The notes: a model not told the origin generated them from the sequence alone. DNA of 64,000 bases from Planctomycetaceae bacterium (GCA_041753475.1 JBGSUN010000001.1:46242-110241), one strand, 5' to 3'; counted from the first letter of the stretch, positions 30,714 to 40,194 are shown. A program made the numbers and translations.

Positions 30714-31214
30714 TTGGCCATGGGCGATCTCACGCATTTCGATGACAGCGGGGCAAGCCGGATGGTGGACGTCGGCGGCAAAGCCGTCACCGTGCGGATG
30801 GCCCGCGCAGAATCATTCGTGCAGATGGAACCAGCGACGCTCGCGCTCATCCGTAACCGCCAGCTCTCTAAAGGGGATGTGTTGGAAGTCGCACGGCTGG
30901 CGGGAATCATGGCCACCAAACGGACGGCGGATCTGATTCCGCTGTGCCATCCGTTGGGAATCGACGCCGTGGAAGTCGATCTGCAGCCCGTGGATGACCG
31001 CACGATTCGCATTGAGGCCACGGTCCGCATGCAAGGCCGGACCGGTGTGGAAATGGAAGCCCTCACTGCGGTAACCATCTCTGGATTAACGGTTTACGAC
31101 ATGTGCAAAGCGGTCGACCGCGGCATGACGCTCGGCCCCACACGGCTCCTGGAGAAATCCGGCGGTAAAAGCGGTCACTTCCTCGCCAACGGGGCGATTA
31201 CGACGTCAGAATGA
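30714..31214 (+). CDS. moaC: Cyclic pyranopterin monophosphate synthase MoaC
   Basis: [18 protein letters not shown]...[29 protein letters not shown]...[11 protein letters not shown]. Confidence 0.92.
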   Translation: MAMGDLTHFDDSGASRMVDVGGKAVTVRMARAESFVQMEPATLALIRNRQLSKGDVLEVARLAGIMATKRTADLIPLCHPLGIDAVEVDLQPVDDRTIRIEATVRMQGRTGVEMEALTAVTISGLTVYDMCKAVDRGMTLGPTRLLEKSGGKSGHFLANGAITTSE

Positions 31215-31618
31215 CGAGCTTGCGGAAACCACAAAGACTGCACTGCTGGCGGCAACTGGGAAAAAATGGTGAGTGGTCGGGTGATCGCCGCCGTGACTCC
31301 GTCATCGTCGTGATCGAAACACCGCAAATCGGCGACGCATTTTTCCATGTCGCTGACGCCGCAAATCAACGCTTCCCACTCACCACAATCCATTCCAGGG
31401 ATAGGATTTACGGTGTTTCACCGACTCCCGCATCCGCGACGCTCACGGTTACGTTGCATGGCGAAAATGCTTGGCGGACGTTAACCTGCGTTAAACGAAC
31501 ACACTCGGCGACGGTTCCCTCTGCGGAGACAGTGGGAACTTGGGAGTGATTCGGCCAGGTTCCGCGGCGCTCACTCCGGCCCGATGGGCCCTCCGCCTCG
31601 TGGGAAAAGCGACTCGAT

Positions 31619-32629
31619 ATGATCGATCAAACGGCTGGCGATCCGACCACCAAGTCGGTTCCTGTGTTGGGACTCGTCGAAGAAGCCATCGGAACGGACT
31701 TGCTGGCGGCGGAACAGGTTCTCGCCACGGAACTGGATTCGACCAACCCCTATGTCAGCGACATCCTGCAGCACGTGACCCGCTTCCGCGGAAAGCGCCT
31801 GCGGCCGATGTTGCTCCTGCTGACCGCGGACGCCAGCGGCGGCATTCGTGCCGACCATCATACCCTCGCCGCGGTGGTGGAAATGATCCACCTTGCCACG
31901 CTGGTGCATGACGACGTCCTCGACGAAGCCGCCACCCGGCGGCATGTCGCCACGATCAATGCCCGTTGGAACAACGAAACCAGCGTTCTCTTCGGCGATT
32001 ACCTGTTCACCCACTCGTTCCATCTCGCGAGTTCGCTGGAAACCACACATGCCTGCCGGGCCATCGGCCGGGCAACCAACATCGTGTGTGAAGGCGAACT
32101 GTCGCAGATCAAGGAACGGGGCAACCTCGATCTGTCCGAAGAAAGTTACTTCAAGATTATCGACGGCAAGACCGCCGAACTGACGGCGCTCTGCGGATAT
32201 CTCGGTGCCCATTACGCCGGAGCCGACAGCCGCGTCGTCACCGCGATGGAACGCTACGGCCGTCAGTTGGGACTGGCATTCCAGATTGCCGACGACGTCC
32301 TGGATCTGGTGGGCAATGAGCGGAAGACGGGCAAATCACTTGGTTCCGACTTACAGAAGCAGAAGCTCACCCTGCCGCTGATCCGGCTGTTAGCCACGGC
32401 GACAGAAGCTGATGCGTGTGCGATTCGCCAGTTGCTGCTCCATCCCGACGAAACCACGCGGGCTAAGCTGCAACCATTCCTCGATCGCAGTGATGCGATG
32501 AAGTACGCCCACCAGAAAGCGCTGCAACTCGCGCAAGACGCCCGGCAGCAACTCGACGCCGTGCCACCGTCCCGCTCACGCCGCATCCTTGCCGAAATCG
32601 CCGAATTCGCGGTCCAGCGGACGTTCTGA
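31619..32629 (+). CDS. Long-chain polyprenyl diphosphate synthase (IspB-like)
   Basis: First and second Asp-rich motifs LVHDDVLDE and FQIADDVLD, plus GKRLRP. Confidence 0.9.
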   Translation: MIDQTAGDPTTKSVPVLGLVEEAIGTDLLAAEQVLATELDSTNPYVSDILQHVTRFRGKRLRPMLLLLTADASGGIRADHHTLAAVVEMIHLATLVHDDVLDEAATRRHVATINARWNNETSVLFGDYLFTHSFHLASSLETTHACRAIGRATNIVCEGELSQIKERGNLDLSEESYFKIIDGKTAELTALCGYLGAHYAGADSRVVTAMERYGRQLGLAFQIADDVLDLVGNERKTGKSLGSDLQKQKLTLPLIRLLATATEADACAIRQLLLHPDETTRAKLQPFLDRSDAMKYAHQKALQLAQDARQQLDAVPPSRSRRILAEIAEFAVQRTF

Positions 32630-32660
32630 CAACACCAGGCCGTAGCGTTTCCGCTCAGCA

Positions 32661-32688
32661 CAGATGTACCGGGACAGATGTACCGGGA
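32661..32688. repeat. Perfect 14-nt tandem duplication (CAGATGTACCGGGA x2)
   Basis: Copies at 32661-32674 and 32675-32688, between the convergent stops of the polyprenyl synthase gene and the lipoyl-like gene. Confidence 0.9.
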
Positions 32689-32700
32689 TCGTGCAGAGAG

Positions 32701-32958
32701 TTACTTCTTCGCTCGGCGGGCCGGGGCGGTGATCCAACCGAGGACATCCCCGGCGACGACGGAAGACGAAACCGGAACCGTCCCCTTGTGCACCTTCCCG
32801 GCACACGGCGCGGTGGCGTAACCGATGATGCCCGGGCGTCCCACCTCGGCGACGTTTTCCCCGGCGGTAACGGACTCGCCTTCGTCAACCAGCCAGGCGA
32901 GCAACCGCACCGGGGATTCGCCCCACTCGGCGTCCGGAATCGAAAATGTGACGTCCAA
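32701..32958 (-). CDS. Small single-domain lipoyl/biotinyl-attachment-like (hybrid motif) protein lacking the acceptor Lys
   Basis: WLVDEGESVTAGENVAEVGRPGIIGYATAPCAGKV...VVAGDVLGWI follows the lipoyl-domain pattern, but GRPG replaces the (E/M)-x-D/M-K-A/M turn. The GC3 bias is strong, which supports a real gene. Confidence 0.6.
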   Translation of the reverse strand: MDVTFSIPDAEWGESPVRLLAWLVDEGESVTAGENVAEVGRPGIIGYATAPCAGKVHKGTVPVSSSVVAGDVLGWITAPARRAKK

Positions 32959-33011
32959 TTCTACCTCGCTTCGATCGGGAACCGCAGTTATGACTTCGAC
33001 GATTCCATTCT

Positions 33012-33101
33012 GTGTGCCACTGGCTCCGCCAGTGTCTTCTCATCCCTTGCCGAGCGTGTGCTCTTGCGGCGAGCAAGCCACTGGCAGAGCCAGTGGCACA
33101 C
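33012..33101. repeat. Family A palindromic element: 23-nt inverted arms (22/23 match), each arm itself a small hairpin ending in GTGGCACAC
   Basis: GTGTGCCACTGGCTCCGCCAGTG (33012-33034) and CACTGGCAGAGCCAGTGGCACAC (33079-33101). Confidence 0.85.
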
Positions 33102-33114
33102 ACCTCTTCTCTGC

Positions 33115-34029
33115 TCAAGCCGCGCCAGCTTCTTGAGCCATTTCCCCGGCGTGATAACTGGACCGCACGAATGGCCCGCTGGCAACCATGCTGAAGCCCA
33201 GCTTGCGGACCAAGTCGCCGATTTCGTCGAACTCTTCCGGCGGGACGTAACGCTCCACCGGGAGATGTTGCAGCGATGGCTGCAGGTACTGGCCGAGCGT
33301 CAGCATGTCACAACCAACCGATCGCAGGTCCGCACAGACTTGCAGCAATTCCTCACGAGTTTCGCCGAGCCCGAGCATCAACCCACTCTTGGTGGGCATG
33401 TCCGGGGCTTCCCGCTTCACCTGGGCGAGCAGATCGAGCGTCCGTTGATATTCGGCGTTCCGTCGGACCCGGTGATACAACCGCGGCACGGTCTCGGTGT
33501 TGTGGTTGAAAACGTCCGGCTTGGAGGCAATCACGCGGGAAATGGCGGCGGCGTTACCACCAAAATCCGGAGTGAGAACTTCCACCTTGGCCCCGGTCCG
33601 TTCGCGCACCGCGAGCACACAGCGATAAAAATGGTCGGCCCCACCGTCGGCGAGATCGTCGCGCGTCACCGATGTAATCACGACATACGACAGCTTTAAC
33701 CGTTCCGCGGCCTCCGCTACCCGGTCTGGTTCATCGAGTTCCAGGGCTTCGGTTTTCCCTTTCGGCACCGAGCAGAACCCGCACGGCCGGGTGCAGACAT
33801 TACCGAGGATCATGAATGTCGCCGTCTGTTGCGACCAGCACTCGGTCCGATTGGGACACTTCGCGCTTTCGCAGACGGTTTCCAAACGCAAATCGGCAAT
33901 GACGTCGGTGGTATACCGCATGCCGGATTGCGGCGCGGGGCGGCGCAACCATGCCGGGAGGCGTTGACGGCTCGGCTCGGCAGTTTCGGTCACTTCCGGC
34001 GGGAGAATTTCAAGTTTCAGCGAAGACAT
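33115..34029 (-). CDS. lipA: Lipoyl synthase
   Basis: CESAKCPNRTECW and the radical-SAM motif CTRPCGFCSV. Confidence 0.95.
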   Translation of the reverse strand: MSSLKLEILPPEVTETAEPSRQRLPAWLRRPAPQSGMRYTTDVIADLRLETVCESAKCPNRTECWSQQTATFMILGNVCTRPCGFCSVPKGKTEALELDEPDRVAEAAERLKLSYVVITSVTRDDLADGGADHFYRCVLAVRERTGAKVEVLTPDFGGNAAAISRVIASKPDVFNHNTETVPRLYHRVRRNAEYQRTLDLLAQVKREAPDMPTKSGLMLGLGETREELLQVCADLRSVGCDMLTLGQYLQPSLQHLPVERYVPPEEFDEIGDLVRKLGFSMVASGPFVRSSYHAGEMAQEAGAA

Positions 34030-34765
34030 ATCCGGGTTGCTCAGTCCGTTTCAACCGGGGATGACCGGTCCACAAATGAAAGCGTTCGTAACCGGCCTGC
34101 GCCGCAAGGTGGCGAATCCAGCCCTCGCGCACCGAAGCCATCGCCGTCGGCCGCATCCGTTCGGCAGAGATCGTGGACGGCCGGACGTTCGGTCCCCAAT
34201 GGGCCATCTGCAGCACATCGCGCGGGACGGCGACGTTCAGACATCCGCCGAACAAGGTGACTCCCTGACGAATGGAGGCACCGATGAACGCAAACTGTCC
34301 GGTTCGGCCGCTGACACTGGGAAGCGGGATGGCCGGTTCGATCAACACGCCCAATTCCTGGGCAGTTTCACTCGCCGAGGCCGCCAGCCGTTCGCACCAT
34401 TCTTCAGCGGTGATCCCCATCCGGGTGATGGGAGCCATGAAGTAAGCCGACAATTGGCCGGGATGATGGACCCAGGCACGGCCGCCACGGGGGTACCAAT
34501 TCACCGCAATGCCACGACGATCGAAATCATCCCGATCGACCCGAATGTCTTCGGCGGCGGCTTCCCGTCCGACCGAGAGGCCGAACGGATGCTCACAGAT
34601 CAGCAATGTGCCGAAAGTGTCGGGGCGACCCGCAATCTCGCGGACGAGTTCCTCCTGCAAGCGGACGACGGAACTCTGTTCGGCGAGACCGAGAAGGTGA
34701 ACATGCAAGGCAGCCGACTTGCGGCGTCCGGGCGTCCAATCAACCGCTGGCGCTGGCATCCGCAA
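34010..34765 (-). CDS. lipB: Octanoyltransferase (lipoyl(octanoyl) transferase)
   Basis: LLICEHPFGLSVGR, RGGRAWVHHPGQL, and an overlap with the lipA start. Confidence 0.85.
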   Translation of the reverse strand: MRMPAPAVDWTPGRRKSAALHVHLLGLAEQSSVVRLQEELVREIAGRPDTFGTLLICEHPFGLSVGREAAAEDIRVDRDDFDRRGIAVNWYPRGGRAWVHHPGQLSAYFMAPITRMGITAEEWCERLAASASETAQELGVLIEPAIPLPSVSGRTGQFAFIGASIRQGVTLFGGCLNVAVPRDVLQMAHWGPNVRPSTISAERMRPTAMASVREGWIRHLAAQAGYERFHLWTGHPRLKRTEQPGYVFAET

Positions 34766-35034
34766 TCTCTGTCCTGTGTAAGAGGCGAACCGACGTGGTT
34801 TCCCGGTGTCGGTCAGAAAGATTCATCGCGTCTGAGAGACAGCATACACGATTTTGCCGCTCAAAACAACGGGGTGAGGCTTCGCGTGGATGAGAACACC
34901 GCGTAGAATCATCAATCAAGACGTTGGGCAAGCTCCCGCATGTCGTTCAAGAACGTCGTGTGATTGCCGAGTTCGTCGCTGATTTTTTGACGGCAGGCGG
35001 GAGCCTGTCCAACCCATCTCGAAACCCAGTCCGC

Positions 35035-35526
35035 ATGTCGAAACCCGCTCCCCAAGACGATCCCAACTCCCGCGTGGTGTGCCGCAACCGCCGCGCCAAG
35101 CATGAGTACGACCTGCTGCAACAGTTGGAATGCGGCATCGTCCTGATGGGAAGCGAAGTCAAAAGCATCCGCGCGAACAAGATCTCGATCGAAGAAGCCT
35201 ACGTCAAAGTGAGCAAGGGCGAAGTCTGGCTCCTCAACTGCGACATTTCGGAATACCCGCAAGCCACATACATGAATCATGAGCCGCGGCGGCCGCGCAA
35301 GCTGCTGCTGAAGTCGCGGGAAGTCGCCAAGTTTGCGGAAGCTTCGTCCCAGCGCGGGTTGACGTTGATCCCGGTGGATGTGCATCTCGTCCGCGGCTTC
35401 GTCAAGCTGACCGTCTGCGTGGCGAAGGGACGTCAACTGCACGACAAGCGGGAAAAGATCAAACAGCAGGACGCGAAGAAGACCATCCAGCAAGCCGTGC
35501 GCCGCGATGTGAAGCGGACGCCGTAA
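35035..35526 (+). CDS. smpB: SsrA-binding protein
   Basis: NRRAKHEYDLLQQLECGIVLMGSEVKSIR...RPRKLLL...LTLIPVDVH...VKLTVCVAKGRQLHDKRE. The start was set at MSKPAP (35035). Confidence 0.92.
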   Translation: MSKPAPQDDPNSRVVCRNRRAKHEYDLLQQLECGIVLMGSEVKSIRANKISIEEAYVKVSKGEVWLLNCDISEYPQATYMNHEPRRPRKLLLKSREVAKFAEASSQRGLTLIPVDVHLVRGFVKLTVCVAKGRQLHDKREKIKQQDAKKTIQQAVRRDVKRTP

Positions 35527-35531
35527 GCAAA

Positions 35532-35563
35532 GCATCCCGGCCGCTTCCTCGCAGCCGGGGGGC
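35532..35563. repeat. Family B hairpin (imperfect copy)
   Basis: GCATCCCGGCCGC-ttcctc-GCAGCCGGGGGGC, 6 nt after the smpB stop. Confidence 0.8.
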
Positions 35564-35571
35564 GGCGTAGC

Positions 35572-36780
35572 TCAAATCCGTACAAAGATCCGTTGGCGAT
35601 AGAGCCAGTAGACTAACAGCCAGAACGCCAGCATCACCGCGGACGATGTCACCAACGGTTCGTATTCCGGACCGAAAAATTTTGGCCAGCTTTCGCCGAA
35701 GTGACGAATCAAAGTGTCTTTGGTCCAGCCGCGAACGAGTTGCCCCATCAGGTAGAGCAGGATCGAATTCATCCCGGCGACCACGAGCGGAAACGACCAA
35801 GACCGCCAGCCGAGCACGTCGATCACGCCGTAGAACCCGCAAAGCAGCAGCAGCGTCCAGCCAGTGCTGAAGAGCGTCCAACTCGGCGTCCAGATCCGTT
35901 TCACCAGCGGGCATCCGCCGAAGTAGGACCACGCCCACCCGGCCGCCAGTAGCACCACGCCGGCCGCGATCAATCCGGTGAGTGTGGTCGTTCGGGATTT
36001 CGTCTCCCGGATGAATGTCCCGGCCATCAATCCGAACAGCATCGTCACCAGCGAGGGGACGAAGTTCAGCGTCTGATAGCCCCCCTTGTTAAAGACGAAC
36101 GGAGTCGCGCGGGGGAAGAGATTGAGAAACCACCGGTCCACTTCGGCTGCGGGGTTGGTGTGAATCTGCCAATGGGCTTCGAATCCGGTGAGGTACGTCC
36201 AGGTGGCGGGCATCGAGTACTGTGACCAATCGAAATCCGCCGGAGGCAACGTTGACTGGGCAAACCAGCCCCAATACCCGGCCAGAATCCCCACCGCCGC
36301 CAATGTCTGCACGAACAGCGGCCGGTTCCACAACAGAAAGAGAACGACGTAACCCAGGCCAATCTGCGTCAACACATTCATGAACGTGAACTCGGTCTGT
36401 TTGGACCAGTTGGACGACAGGAAAATGCCAAGCAGAATCAACACGATCGATCGCACCACCGCATGCAGCAGCAGACGGCCGTAGGAATCCCCGGCGGCGT
36501 ACCGCTTGCCATACGAATACGGCAACGAAACCCCCACCATGAACATGAACGACGGCTGGATCAGGTCCCAGAACGCGCAACCGGTCCACGGGACATGTTC
36601 AAACTGGAAATGAACCGCCTTCCAGAACGGACTCTCGGGGGAAGCTTCCAGAAAATTCTTCGCCGTCGCGGCCAGCCCGAAACCGTTGGCGGCCAGCGCA
36701 ATCATCACGAAACCGCGATAGGCGTCCAACGACACGAGTCGGGGTTCGGACGGGTTTTCCGCACGGGGCAAGGCCGACAT
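35572..36780 (-). CDS. DUF5009/DUF1624-type membrane acyltransferase (heparan-alpha-glucosaminide N-acetyltransferase-like)
   Basis: RLVSLDAYRGFVMIALA motif and a profile of about 10 TM segments. Confidence 0.7.
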   Translation of the reverse strand: MSALPRAENPSEPRLVSLDAYRGFVMIALAANGFGLAATAKNFLEASPESPFWKAVHFQFEHVPWTGCAFWDLIQPSFMFMVGVSLPYSYGKRYAAGDSYGRLLLHAVVRSIVLILLGIFLSSNWSKQTEFTFMNVLTQIGLGYVVLFLLWNRPLFVQTLAAVGILAGYWGWFAQSTLPPADFDWSQYSMPATWTYLTGFEAHWQIHTNPAAEVDRWFLNLFPRATPFVFNKGGYQTLNFVPSLVTMLFGLMAGTFIRETKSRTTTLTGLIAAGVVLLAAGWAWSYFGGCPLVKRIWTPSWTLFSTGWTLLLLCGFYGVIDVLGWRSWSFPLVVAGMNSILLYLMGQLVRGWTKDTLIRHFGESWPKFFGPEYEPLVTSSAVMLAFWLLVYWLYRQRIFVRI

Positions 36781-36961
36781 GGAGAGGCGATCCTCGGAGT
36801 TCACAGGCGGAAACCACAATCGTGGTGCAGTTTACGCCACCGACACAGCGGGCGTCCAGAATCGAAGATCGGGCCAGGCACCGATTCCGAACTGGACGCG
36901 GGCTCTGTTTTTGCGACAATATCCCGTCTGGCTGATTGGCTCATTTTTCGGGAATCCGGGC

Positions 36962-38245
36962 ATGCTTCCACGTCGTGATTTTCTGCACGCCACTGCGGGT
37001 GCCCTGACCCTCGGCACGATCGCCCCCACGCTCCGGGCCGAGGAACAGGACAGCGCCGTTCCGCTGCCGCGCGGCAAAGCGGAACACTGCGTAGTGATTT
37101 GGCTGGGCGGCGGGGCCGGGCAGATGGATACGTGGGACCCGAAAGCCCTCGGCGATCCCCAGACGAAGAAAGCCGGTTCGTACTACCCGGCGATTGATAC
37201 GGCCGTCCCCGGCACACAGGTCTGCCAGCATCTGCGACGTTGTGCGCCACTCATGGACCGCTTCAACCTGGTGCGGACCGTCCATCATGACGTGATCGAT
37301 GAACATGCTTCCGCGGTCAATCGGCTGCATACGGGACGTCCCGTGAGTGAGACGGTCACCTATCCGTCCCTCGGTTCGGTGATCGTTGACCAGCGCGGCC
37401 CGGCCGGTGAAGCAGTGCCGCCGTACATTCTCATCGGTTACCCCAGCGCGACCCGCGGCCCGGGTTTTCTCGGGGCGAAGTGTGGGTATGTCTATCTCAC
37501 CGACACGACTTCCGGTCCCGCAGGGTTATCCCGTCCGCCGGAGATTGCCGCCGAACGGCAAGCCCGCCGCGAAGCGCTGCTGGCGCGGGTGCGGAGTGAA
37601 GCCACCGCGAACGTTGCACGGAAAAACTACGACGCCATGATCAGCGAGGCGCTCCGCTACGGCGGGCCACAGTTCCAGAAGTTGTTCCAACTCGATACCG
37701 AACCCGCCGATCTCCGCAACAGCTACGGCGGAGAATTCGGCCAACGCTGCCTGCTCACACGCCGGTTGTTGCAGGCCGGTGTGCGGACAGTGGAAGTCGC
37801 CCATAATCTCAACTTCCTCAACGGCACCGGCTGGGATGTGCACAACGAAGGCATTCTCAACCAGTTCAAACTTATCGAAGAACTGGACATGGCCCTCTCG
37901 GCGTTCATTCTCGATCTGGAACGAAATCAACTGCTCGACAAAACGCTGGTGGTGGTCGCCACCGAGTTCGGTCGCCCGGCGGGTTTTGATGGCGGCGGCG
38001 GACGCGGACATCACGGCAAGTGTTTCAGCGTCGCGCTCGCCGGCGGCGGCCTGAAAAACGGCCGGACGATCGGCACCACGGACGACCTCGCCATGAGCAT
38101 CGTCGACCGCCCGGTCTCTGTACCCGATCTGCACGCCACGATCTACGCCGCGCTCGGTATCAACCCGCGTGAAAACCTCTACGCCGGTGACCGTCCCGTT
38201 CCGATCACGGACGGCGGGACCCCGATTGCAGAGCTGTTTGGATAG
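36962..38245 (+). CDS. DUF1501-family (sulfatase-fold-like) protein with a twin-arginine signal
   Basis: MLPRRDFLHATAGALTLG TAT signal and C-terminal ATEFGRPAGFDGGGGRGHHGKCFSVALAGGGLKNGRTIGTTDD. Confidence 0.85.
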   Translation: MLPRRDFLHATAGALTLGTIAPTLRAEEQDSAVPLPRGKAEHCVVIWLGGGAGQMDTWDPKALGDPQTKKAGSYYPAIDTAVPGTQVCQHLRRCAPLMDRFNLVRTVHHDVIDEHASAVNRLHTGRPVSETVTYPSLGSVIVDQRGPAGEAVPPYILIGYPSATRGPGFLGAKCGYVYLTDTTSGPAGLSRPPEIAAERQARREALLARVRSEATANVARKNYDAMISEALRYGGPQFQKLFQLDTEPADLRNSYGGEFGQRCLLTRRLLQAGVRTVEVAHNLNFLNGTGWDVHNEGILNQFKLIEELDMALSAFILDLERNQLLDKTLVVVATEFGRPAGFDGGGGRGHHGKCFSVALAGGGLKNGRTIGTTDDLAMSIVDRPVSVPDLHATIYAALGINPRENLYAGDRPVPITDGGTPIAELFG

Positions 38246-38312
38246 GGCATCGTCGCGACAGATTTACGAGGCACCAGTACGATATGACGTGAGGTTGCAA
38301 TCGCACAAAAGA

Positions 38313-38340
38313 CACTGGCAGGGCCAGTGGCACACACCTC
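38313..38340. repeat. Family A element, single well-preserved arm
   Basis: CACTGGCAGGGCCAGTGGCACACACCTC matches 33079-33106 at 27 of 28 positions. It is flanked by a weaker outer inverted repeat (GCACCAGTACG / CGTACTGGCAC). Confidence 0.8.
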
Positions 38341-38382
38341 GTACTGGCACGCATGGCTTGTTTGCAAAGACAGCCACTGCGC

Positions 38383-39126
38383 TTACAGTGTGGAGATCGC
38401 CTGCTGCAGCGGCCGCAGCACTTGATCAATCACGTGCCGTTCGAGCAGTTGCTCGCAAGTGATCTTGAGCTGTTGCAATGTCGCTTCGTAGGTGGTGTTG
38501 GGTTCCAGGCTGCCGTACTGCCGGACGGTGAAGTAGACGCTGATCTGATCTTCGGGAAACTCTCCACGGCGGACCTGATAGGCATTGGTGCGGGTTTCGA
38601 TCATCAACCGGGCTTGCCGTCGACAGGATTCATCAAGGCTGATCGTGATCGAGGGTTCGAAGTTGAGCACTTGGGCTCCAGGAATCTCGACGAGGCTTTC
38701 CATGGAGGAACTTGACCCGAGGGCTTCCATCACAATGGCATCGTGATTGCCGCGGTAGTTGAAATCGAAGCCCATCACGTAATCGAGCGCTTCGCAATCC
38801 AGCGAACTGACCGAGAGCATGAACGGCACAAGATCGAGAATCAGCGAGTGTTGATCCAACGCCTGATCGACGGTGTCGGGATTGATGTGTCCGCTGCAGA
38901 TGCGTCGGGGTTCGAGCGTCACCCACCGCTGGTGCCCCATGTCCTTGTCTTCTTCAAGAACGAAGTCGCCGTTGTCGCGGGTGTAAAAATTCCGCATGGT
39001 CGGGTATTGTTTCTGAACCCGTTCAAAGAAACCGAGCACCGTTTCGCGAGCGGCGGGGAGTTGCATCTCCGTGTTCAGGTTCATGTTGACGTAAAAATCG
39101 TCCGCCAGAGATGCGTACGGGTTCAT
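38383..39126 (-). CDS. Hypothetical protein
   Basis: Start set at MNPYASLADDFYV (ATG 39126, AAGGAAAG upstream). The codon bias is good, but no family was recognised. Confidence 0.55.
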   Translation of the reverse strand: MNPYASLADDFYVNMNLNTEMQLPAARETVLGFFERVQKQYPTMRNFYTRDNGDFVLEEDKDMGHQRWVTLEPRRICSGHINPDTVDQALDQHSLILDLVPFMLSVSSLDCEALDYVMGFDFNYRGNHDAIVMEALGSSSSMESLVEIPGAQVLNFEPSITISLDESCRRQARLMIETRTNAYQVRRGEFPEDQISVYFTVRQYGSLEPNTTYEATLQQLKITCEQLLERHVIDQVLRPLQQAISTL

Positions 39127-39268
39127 TGAGCTTTCCTTGAGGTCCCAATCACCGGCCGGATCGCTGCGAAAATCCTCCGCAGCGGCGAACCGTTTCCGTT
39201 TGATCGGGAAAGGGTTCCAAATCAGACCGTCGCCGACCGGCAACCTGCATTCTATCGAGGCAACCTCC

Positions 39269-39871
39269 ATGCGACCAGCACCCGTTCGCTCTGTGAACCG
39301 GACTGCCCCCCAAGCCTGGCGACGGTTTTCCACGTCGATCGGCTGGGTGGGCATCGGCTGGACGGCTGACGGACTGGCAGGGGTCCGCATGGGCTATGCG
39401 ACTGTCGCCGACCTGAATTCTGTGATTGGAGATGAAACGGTCACGGAAATCCCGACGTGGGTCCAGCGATTGGAAGACCGGTTGCAGGCCTACTGCGCCG
39501 GAGCGACGGATGATTTTCAGGACGTTCCCGTTGCAACACTGTGGTCCACGGAATTCCAACGGGCGGTCATCACCGCACTGCGGTCCGTGCCGTATGGGGC
39601 CACGACAACCTACCGGGAACTCGCAGCCCAGGCCGGCAGCCCCGGGGCGTCGCGCGCTGTGGGACAGGTGATGGCGACGAACCCCGTGCCCCTGGTGGTG
39701 CCGTGTCATCGGGTGCTCGGTTCCGGTGGCAAACTCGGCGGGTTCTCGGCACCGACAGGCACCGCATTGAAACAGCAACTGCTCCACATGGAAGCCGCTC
39801 ACATCGTTCCCGCCGCGGAAAGCGCCCCGACTTCATCACGCCGTCCGACGGCAGGAAAGAGAGTGCGGTGA
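39269..39871 (+). CDS. ogt: Methylated-DNA--protein-cysteine methyltransferase
   Basis: Active site VPCHRVLGSGGKLGGF and YGATTTYRELA. The start was set at MRPAPV. Confidence 0.85.
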   Translation: MRPAPVRSVNRTAPQAWRRFSTSIGWVGIGWTADGLAGVRMGYATVADLNSVIGDETVTEIPTWVQRLEDRLQAYCAGATDDFQDVPVATLWSTEFQRAVITALRSVPYGATTTYRELAAQAGSPGASRAVGQVMATNPVPLVVPCHRVLGSGGKLGGFSAPTGTALKQQLLHMEAAHIVPAAESAPTSSRRPTAGKRVR

Positions 39872-40194
39872 TGGCGACGTCCACGCGTGGGCCGGGGTGG
39901 TTGTTTCATGTGACCGCCGGCGCGACCACCGCGTTCATCATTTCGGTGCTGGCAATTGTCGCCACGCTGTTCGGCGACCCCGCGGCCCCGATCAACGGGT
40001 GGATCAACCAATACGGCGCGTACGTGTTGATCGTAGAGATTGTCGCCATCGGCGTGTTCGGGTTCGCGGCAATGGCGAATGATGCGCGCGTGACGCGATT
40101 GGAGCAAAGGGAAGTTGGAGGGCACCCGGCGGGATCAGCGCGGGGCGCGAAACCGCAAGCGGAGGATGGGGGCTCACGGACAACGGACAACTGA
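39871..40194 (+). CDS. Small two-TM membrane protein; the C-terminus is encoded by a family C repeat
   Basis: ATGA overlap with the ogt stop and two hydrophobic helices. The last ~25 codons (GGHPAGSARGAKPQ...) lie inside repeat C1. Confidence 0.4.
   Translation: MATSTRGPGWLFHVTAGATTAFIISVLAIVATLFGDPAAPINGWINQYGAYVLIVEIVAIGVFGFAAMANDARVTRLEQREVGGHPAGSARGAKPQAEDGGSRTTDN
40117..40162. repeat. Family C repeat, copy 1
   Basis: GGAGGGCACCCGGCGGGATCAGCGCGGGGCGCGAAACCGCAAGCGG. The core GCGCGGGGCGCGAAACCGCAA recurs at 42763-42783 and, inverted, at 46713-46733. Confidence 0.85.

Noticed and set aside
31175-31549. Candidate small genes after moaC: plus-strand 112-aa ORF (31211-31549, ATGA-coupled to the moaC stop) and minus-strand 72-aa ORF (31175-31393, Cys-rich)
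   Set aside because: - Third-position GC is only moderate in both frames and neither has a recognisable motif, so I cannot decide between them or call either.
- Both are left unannotated.
- A BLASTP/tBLASTN conservation check would settle it.
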